From an uncultured Chlamydiae bacterium (lineage in GTDB: Bacteria; Chlamydiota; Chlamydiia; Chlamydiales; JAJFMA01), in contig CAVQMM010000001.1 in NCBI GenBank assembly GCA_963713615.1, forward strand, positions 1,664,001 to 1,728,000: a DNA stretch of 64,000 bases, given 5' to 3'. A program made the translations under genes and the position numbers. Below the pieces are notes generated by a model. It ran no database searches and had not been told where the DNA came from. It saw nothing but the letters and a program-made list of their open reading frames with translations. Within the stretch, counting starts at the first letter, position 1; every line of letters begins with the position of its first letter. Shown here one piece after another: positions 58,799-64,000 of this stretch.

Positions 58799-59455
58799 TC
58801 AAATCGCCATGGATTGAATGAGTTGCTCATAGTCCTTCCCTGCCAGGCTAATGATCTCGTAAGCCTCTTTTTGGCCATAGGTGTGTACAATTTCTACCTT
58901 GCGTGTCGTGTTGCCATTTGGAGCATCCTTATAGGTAAGAAAATAGTGACGCAAGCGCTCAATCAAGCTCTTGGGGCATTGGCCTATATCATGTATCCCA
59001 TCAAACACGTAGTCTCCCATCAACACTGCTATAATTTTGTCATCAGCTTCATCGCCATCCAATAAACGAAATCCCCCTATGGGCCGCGCTCTTACAATAA
59101 GATCACCCCGCACGATGACTTTTTCTGTCAGAACGCAAATGTCTAATGGGTCATTGTCGCCCAGAATATCTTTACGACCTGTTTTCTGAATGCAGTAATC
59201 AGCTACACGCTGTCCACAATATGTTCGTGGTACAAATCCATAGAGGGTAGGGCATAAGCTTGAATATTCTTGAGGCCGGTCGATTTTGAGGATGCCGGTG
59301 GCCTTGTCTAACTCGTATTTCACGGTGTCGGTAGGGACGATCTCAATGTAACAGTTGACGATATCCGGGGCTTGGTCTCCTATGGCAAGGCCATGCCATG
59401 GATGCGACCGGAAGAGCATGTTCTTTGGAAGTGATGGAGGTGTTGTAGCTGTCAT
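58799..59455 (-). CDS. ppa: Inorganic pyrophosphatase (family I)
   Basis: HPWHG, KYELDK, YGFVPRT, DNDPLD, DDKII; ATG after an AAGGAG RBS. Confidence 0.95.
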   Translation of the reverse strand: MTATTPPSLPKNMLFRSHPWHGLAIGDQAPDIVNCYIEIVPTDTVKYELDKATGILKIDRPQEYSSLCPTLYGFVPRTYCGQRVADYCIQKTGRKDILGDNDPLDICVLTEKVIVRGDLIVRARPIGGFRLLDGDEADDKIIAVLMGDYVFDGIHDIGQCPKSLIERLRHYFLTYKDAPNGNTTRKVEIVHTYGQKEAYEIISLAGKDYEQLIQSMAI

Positions 59456-59601
59456 GATTGCTCCTTTGACTGGAAGGTAGCCCCTCGCCGCATTTTGATC
59501 AAATACCGTTATCAGTGACCTCAAAAAAATTTACAATGTCCTTTAATATTAGTTATTGGTACTATGTATCATTAAACGATTTAAAATACTGAATAAGTTC
59601 T

Positions 59602-61200
59602 ATGAGCAGCCAAGAGTCCATTTTAGATGCCTGTACCAGGCGCCGCACTTTTGCCATCATCAGCCACCCAGATGCCGGTAAGACAACATTAACAGAAAAG
59701 CTCCTGCTCTATTCTGGCATGATACGAACAGCAGGAATGGTGCGCGGTCAAAAGGGTCGCCGAGCTGCAGCTTCCGATTGGATGTCTATGGAACAAGAAA
59801 GAGGGATCTCTATCACCTCTTCAGCCATGCAGTTCTCCTACAAAGACACCGTCATCAATGTCTTAGATACGCCTGGTCACGAGGATTTCTCGGAGGATAC
59901 TTACCGGACACTAACAGCCGCAGATTGTGCTATCATGGTTATCGATGCGGGTAAGGGTGTTGAAAAGCAGACTTTGAAGCTTTTCGAGGTGTGTAGACTT
60001 AAAAAAATTCCCGTATTGACATTCATCAATAAGATGGATATGCCTGGTCGCGACCCCTTGGACTTGATGAATGAGGTGGAAAACGTCCTAGGTATTCGGT
60101 CAGCTGCAATGAATTGGCCAATCGGATCCGGCAAGGAATTCATCGGGGTCGTTGAGCGCGATACTCAGGATTGTTTGTTTTTCACCAAAACATCTATCGG
60201 TGGTGCTCAAAAGGCTGATATTTTGCGTCTTCCTCTTCGCAGTGACGCAGCTAAGGCTAAGATTGGTCAGGAAGGCTTTTCCACTCTGGTGCATGATTTG
60301 GAACTGTTGGAAGCGGCTGGTAATCCTTTTATTCTTGAAGATTTTTTAGCTGGTGAGTTGTCTCCGGTATTCTTTGCGTCAGCATTGACGAATTTTGGCG
60401 TAGAGCCCTTTTTTGATGCATTCATCCACCTGGCGCCCTGTCCACACGTTCGTATAGCTGATGGTATCGACGGCGCCGAACTTCAAATTGATCCTATTAC
60501 CGCGCCCTTCAGTGGCTACGTTTTTAAGCTGCAGGCGAATATGGACAAGCGTCACCGTGATAGCATGGCATTTCTGCGTATCTGTTCGGGAAGGTTTGAG
60601 AGGGATTTAGTCGTAAAACATCATCGTTTGGGTCGAGAGATTCGTTTGTCACGTCCCCATGGTATGGTGGCCGGTGAGCGAACAACCCTTGATTATGCTT
60701 ACGCTGGTGATATCATCGGTGTCATCAATCCCGGAATGTTTGCCATCGGCGATACCGTTTCTGTAACAGGTGGTTTCAATTTTAAGCCTTTACCGCAGTT
60801 CCAACCGGAAATTTTTGCCCGGGTATACCCCAAGGATGTTGGTAAGAGAAAGTCCTTTGATAAGGGCGTCCTGCAATTGACAAACGAGGGCGCCATTCAA
60901 CTATTGCGTCAAGGCGAACGTGGTGGAGAATATATCTTTGGGGCTGTGGGAAAGCTTCAGTTTGAGGTTCTGCAGCATCGTCTGCTTGACGAATATAATG
61001 TAGAAACGGTCCTTACACCTCTATCCTACCAATGTAGTGCCTGGTTGTTAGGAGATCTTAAAACCTTCAAGAAAGCTGCTAATTCGATCATCGTCTTAGA
61101 CAGGCAAGACAGGCATATCGTGCTGTTCAATAGTGCATGGGAAAAGCAATACACTATTCAACAAAACCCTCAGCATCAGCTAGTCGATATGATTTCTTAA
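59602..61200 (+). CDS. prfC: Peptide chain release factor 3
   Basis: RRTFAIISHPDAGKTTLTEKLLL, SDWM..EQERGIS, DTPGHEDFSEDTYRTL, GAVGKLQFEV. Confidence 0.97.
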   Translation: MSSQESILDACTRRRTFAIISHPDAGKTTLTEKLLLYSGMIRTAGMVRGQKGRRAAASDWMSMEQERGISITSSAMQFSYKDTVINVLDTPGHEDFSEDTYRTLTAADCAIMVIDAGKGVEKQTLKLFEVCRLKKIPVLTFINKMDMPGRDPLDLMNEVENVLGIRSAAMNWPIGSGKEFIGVVERDTQDCLFFTKTSIGGAQKADILRLPLRSDAAKAKIGQEGFSTLVHDLELLEAAGNPFILEDFLAGELSPVFFASALTNFGVEPFFDAFIHLAPCPHVRIADGIDGAELQIDPITAPFSGYVFKLQANMDKRHRDSMAFLRICSGRFERDLVVKHHRLGREIRLSRPHGMVAGERTTLDYAYAGDIIGVINPGMFAIGDTVSVTGGFNFKPLPQFQPEIFARVYPKDVGKRKSFDKGVLQLTNEGAIQLLRQGERGGEYIFGAVGKLQFEVLQHRLLDEYNVETVLTPLSYQCSAWLLGDLKTFKKAANSIIVLDRQDRHIVLFNSAWEKQYTIQQNPQHQLVDMIS

Positions 61201-61204
61201 TAGC

Positions 61205-61523
61205 CCTATGTGGCGCGTCATTCCATGACTGCTCCTCACAATCGTTGCTCGGCGCGCAGCGCTTTGGAGTGCGGTCGCTTGCGACCGCTTTTCGTTCCTT
61301 ACGACGACCATGTAAAACGGTATCACTATCATTCGCTAAGGGTAAAATAGTTAGCACATGCCGCCTTCACCGAATCCGTACAACGCCGTTTAGCATTACC
61401 GTCGCAAGGAACCCAAAGCGGTCGCAAGCGACCGCACTCCAAAGCGCTTCGCGCCGAGATACGATTGTGAGTCAGGAAAAAGATATGTGCAACACCATGC
61501 ATGGAATGACTGCTCCACATAGG
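61205..61523. mobile_element. Intact (IS-free) REP doublet at 61235-61471 nested in a CCTATGTGG..CCACATAGG inverted pair
   Basis: Arms nearly identical to 13908-13955 and 18697-18744; both CTTGCGAC target sites are unoccupied. Confidence 0.88.
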
Positions 61524-61576
61524 AAGCTTTGATGGCTGCGCGCGGGTTATTCGATGCCGCGCACAGCTAAGGACGA

Positions 61577-61918
61577 TTAACTTTCGCGCTTAAAGAATTC
61601 ATCAATCTTGCATTCGAAGGAGTCGCAACTCTTCTCTTTGCACATCTTGTGCTTCCAGCGTGAATGGTTAGCCTCGGAAACTAGCTTGGCTAGTTCGTCC
61701 AAATTCTTGCCAATCCCTGACTTAATATTCTCTTTAATTTTTTCCTTAAGGACTTCCATCCAAGCTTCGTCAGCGAGTTCAAGTAACTCCTTAGCAAAGC
61801 TTCCATGCTCATGGCACTCATCCTGATGACAACAACTCGACTTTTGCTTATGACATGCACAGGCACAGTCGCTTACATTGCAGCTGCCTTCTTGATAATG
61901 ATGATGATGATGACCCAT
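61577..61918 (-). CDS. Small Cys/His-rich protein
   Basis: AGGAGG RBS; MGHHHHH..CNVSDCACACH..CCH..CHEH followed by a helical domain. Confidence 0.75.
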   Translation of the reverse strand: MGHHHHHYQEGSCNVSDCACACHKQKSSCCHQDECHEHGSFAKELLELADEAWMEVLKEKIKENIKSGIGKNLDELAKLVSEANHSRWKHKMCKEKSCDSFECKIDEFFKRES

Positions 61919-62006
61919 ATTTTTTCCTCCTATTTCAATGAACCCTTACAAACATCCATGACATAATTCGTTGAAAATTTCAAGAAAAGGATGATCTCCC
62001 GGGGGA

Positions 62007-62972
62007 CTAATCGAAATAGATATCTGGAGTGTAGCAATCTAGCGATACACAGCGCCATTTTACCTCAGCCTCTTCTTCGGCAAGGTAGGGTTCGACAAGC
62101 CTCTTAATACGTGACATCTGTTCACATGCGGCTCTCTTACCAGCCTCATAGATCTGTTGCTTTGCTCTCTCGTTAAATGTACCAATATCACAAGTTCTAG
62201 GACGGATAACAACATCCGCATAGCGCGTGCATATCTCATTTTGCCACATAAAAGCGATTTCAGCACTGCGATTGACTACACCAAAAAGATTGGTCGGAAA
62301 GGTTTTAGGTAATAATTCACAGAGATCTACCGCTATCACGACCTCGGCACCGAGGTCTCGCGCTACTTTAGCAGGCACAGGATTGATGACTCCACCGTCG
62401 ACCAACACGCGTCCCATGTGTTCGCATGGTACAAATACAAATGGTATGGAGCATGAGGCCTGAACCGCTTTTGCAAGATTACCTGCACCTATAGGAACAA
62501 GCTCACCAGTATGAAGATCTGTAGCAACGATCACCAATGGAATCCGAAGATCCGCAAAGGTGTCTGCACCTAGATAAGAACAGAGTACCCGACGCATAGA
62601 AGCATCTTGAGATAGGCCATAGCGACAATTCCACAAGTCTAGGTCCAACAGAGAGCGTGTACGAATCGACCAAACAGCTTGCTTAATTTCTTCAGCACAG
62701 GGATTATCGGCATAAAGGGCCCCTACAATGCTACCAGCACTACAACCAACGATGATATCTATGGGAATTCCGGCAGCTTCTAACTCTTCCAATACACCAA
62801 CATGAGCCATCCCACGCACGCCACCGCTGCCCAAAACCAAGGCAACTCTGACTCTTTCCGGAACGTAGAAGGGACACAGAGATTCCGGTACTTCGCAGGG
62901 AACAAACCGATGGGGACAACAACCGGATAGGGTCCAGATTAACATTAAAAACAAAAAAGGCATATACCACAC
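62007..62972 (-). CDS. Patatin-like phospholipase, probable lipoprotein
   Basis: GSGGVRG, GCSAG, DGG; lipobox LSGC. Confidence 0.92.
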   Translation of the reverse strand: MWYMPFLFLMLIWTLSGCCPHRFVPCEVPESLCPFYVPERVRVALVLGSGGVRGMAHVGVLEELEAAGIPIDIIVGCSAGSIVGALYADNPCAEEIKQAVWSIRTRSLLDLDLWNCRYGLSQDASMRRVLCSYLGADTFADLRIPLVIVATDLHTGELVPIGAGNLAKAVQASCSIPFVFVPCEHMGRVLVDGGVINPVPAKVARDLGAEVVIAVDLCELLPKTFPTNLFGVVNRSAEIAFMWQNEICTRYADVVIRPRTCDIGTFNERAKQQIYEAGKRAACEQMSRIKRLVEPYLAEEEAEVKWRCVSLDCYTPDIYFD

Positions 62973-63099
62973 TCGGCCATAAATATCTCAATCGCAGGAT
63001 TAACCGACCAGGTTCAGGCCAATGAAAAATGGACTTCATTGGCTGGATAGACAAATTTGTCTTATAATCCATTTCCTCCATTAAGTCCACTGTAAGGTA

Positions 63100-63142
63100 T
63101 ATACCACGCGCGGTTAGATTTAACGCATTCGACAGCCTAACC
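63100..63142. repeat. Truncated TATACC-ended element
   Basis: tataccacgcgcggttagattt..ctaacc resembles 51221-51281. Confidence 0.55.
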
Positions 63143-63268
63143 ATTAAACAATTTAATTCGATCCAAAAAGTAAATCATACCTTCCTTTGTAAAACAAATC
63201 ACTTTTTAATTTAATATAGATCAACTATAATAAAAGCGTAAAAACAAGCTTTAACTGGTTATTGCAAA

Positions 63269-64000
63269 ATGTTTGAAAAAATTAAGTCCATTCTACTCAT
63301 TTGCTGCAGTTTGGCCTTCTTGCCCCTCGGCATCATGGCCGCGGAATCCACCACATTCATCATATCCAAATCTTTCGACATAGACGCAAACAGCAATGCA
63401 GCATTTGTTACAGCTCTGGAGAAAAAGGCCCCTATTGAAGCGATAGCCAGATCTGATGGTTGGCAAATCTTTATTGGAGGGGATGCCATAGAGCAATCTT
63501 CAATGGACCTAATTGATCTTCTGAGCGGCTTGCTGCAAGCTCATAAAGTGGATGTACCTCTTGCACGAGGAGCCATTACTTATGGGCTATACTTCGCTGA
63601 TAAATATGAAAACGGAATCCCTAATGATGTAGTCATTAAAATGATTCGAGAGGGGTTAGCAAACGAATATGATGTCGATGTGTGGCTTTTTGAACAAAAT
63701 CCATCCCTAGAACGCTTTATCTTAGCTAACCGACTACACGAAAGTGCACTAGAACTTCGCATGGGTAGACTCTCCACGCCACAGATAATGATGAAGGGGC
63801 AGTGGAAGGCATGGGCAGATATCGTAGGCCAGAATCTCATAGACCCGACAACTGGCAGGCTGATGAATTACATCTTCACTCCTCAAGGGTTCGAGAAAAA
63901 CTCTGCCCAAGAGCCAAAGCCTAATACTCAACAAACAACTAATCAAAAAAACGACCAACAACAAAAGCCGAAAGGAACTGAAGAAAAGCCTAAGACTGAG
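63269..64000 (+). CDS. Partial (3'-truncated) secreted hypothetical protein, absent from the ORF track
   Basis: ATG at 63269 opens 244 codons to the window edge: MFEKIKSILLICCSLAFLPLGIMAAES... with a Q/K/E-rich linker at the end. Confidence 0.75.
   Translation, partial: MFEKIKSILLICCSLAFLPLGIMAAESTTFIISKSFDIDANSNAAFVTALEKKAPIEAIARSDGWQIFIGGDAIEQSSMDLIDLLSGLLQAHKVDVPLARGAITYGLYFADKYENGIPNDVVIKMIREGLANEYDVDVWLFEQNPSLERFILANRLHESALELRMGRLSTPQIMMKGQWKAWADIVGQNLIDPTTGRLMNYIFTPQGFEKNSAQEPKPNTQQTTNQKNDQQQKPKGTEEKPKTE

Noticed and set aside
53589..61532. ORFs over the REP doublets (53589-54031, 61137-61532) and 1962-2183
   Set aside because: The shared FGVRSLATA / KAVASDRTPKR peptides are REP translations.
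63259..63964. Minus-strand ORFs at the right edge
   Set aside because: They are antisense to a longer signal-peptide ORF starting at 63269(+).

Overview
Bacterial DNA, most plausibly from an environmental, protist-associated member of Chlamydiota. This is inferred from an NTT/Tlc nucleotide translocase, chlamydial-style NhaD, Cys-rich beta-barrels and an effector-like Sel1 protein. No rRNA, tRNA or CRISPR array was recognised. Housekeeping and metabolic genes: aceB-aceA glyoxylate shunt, nhaD, FAD lactone oxidase, thioesterase, pgm-glgP, type II MetAP, ppa, prfC, patatin. Three things stand out. (1) A ~5.5 kb Russian-doll palindrome (13634-19138): several different short inverted-repeat families are nested around a REP doublet, and both REP arms carry an identical 2295-bp IS66 inserted at the same base with 8-bp target duplications. 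An empty copy of the doublet lies at 61235-61471. (2) A ~27 kb island (32114-58769) of interleaved paralog families with N-terminal hydrophobic leaders: 6 FkbM methyltransferases, 5 GT-A-like proteins, 3 sulfotransferase-like proteins, 3 GH130/GT91-like propellers, 2 DUF1796 proteins and 3 beta-barrels, with an embedded atypical NTT transporter. It is a candidate exported glycan-building and decorating system. (3) Eukaryote/archaea-type genes: an ATAD3-like AAA+ ATPase, a type II MetAP and an atypical Nudix. Family assignments come from motif recognition by eye; no database search was run.
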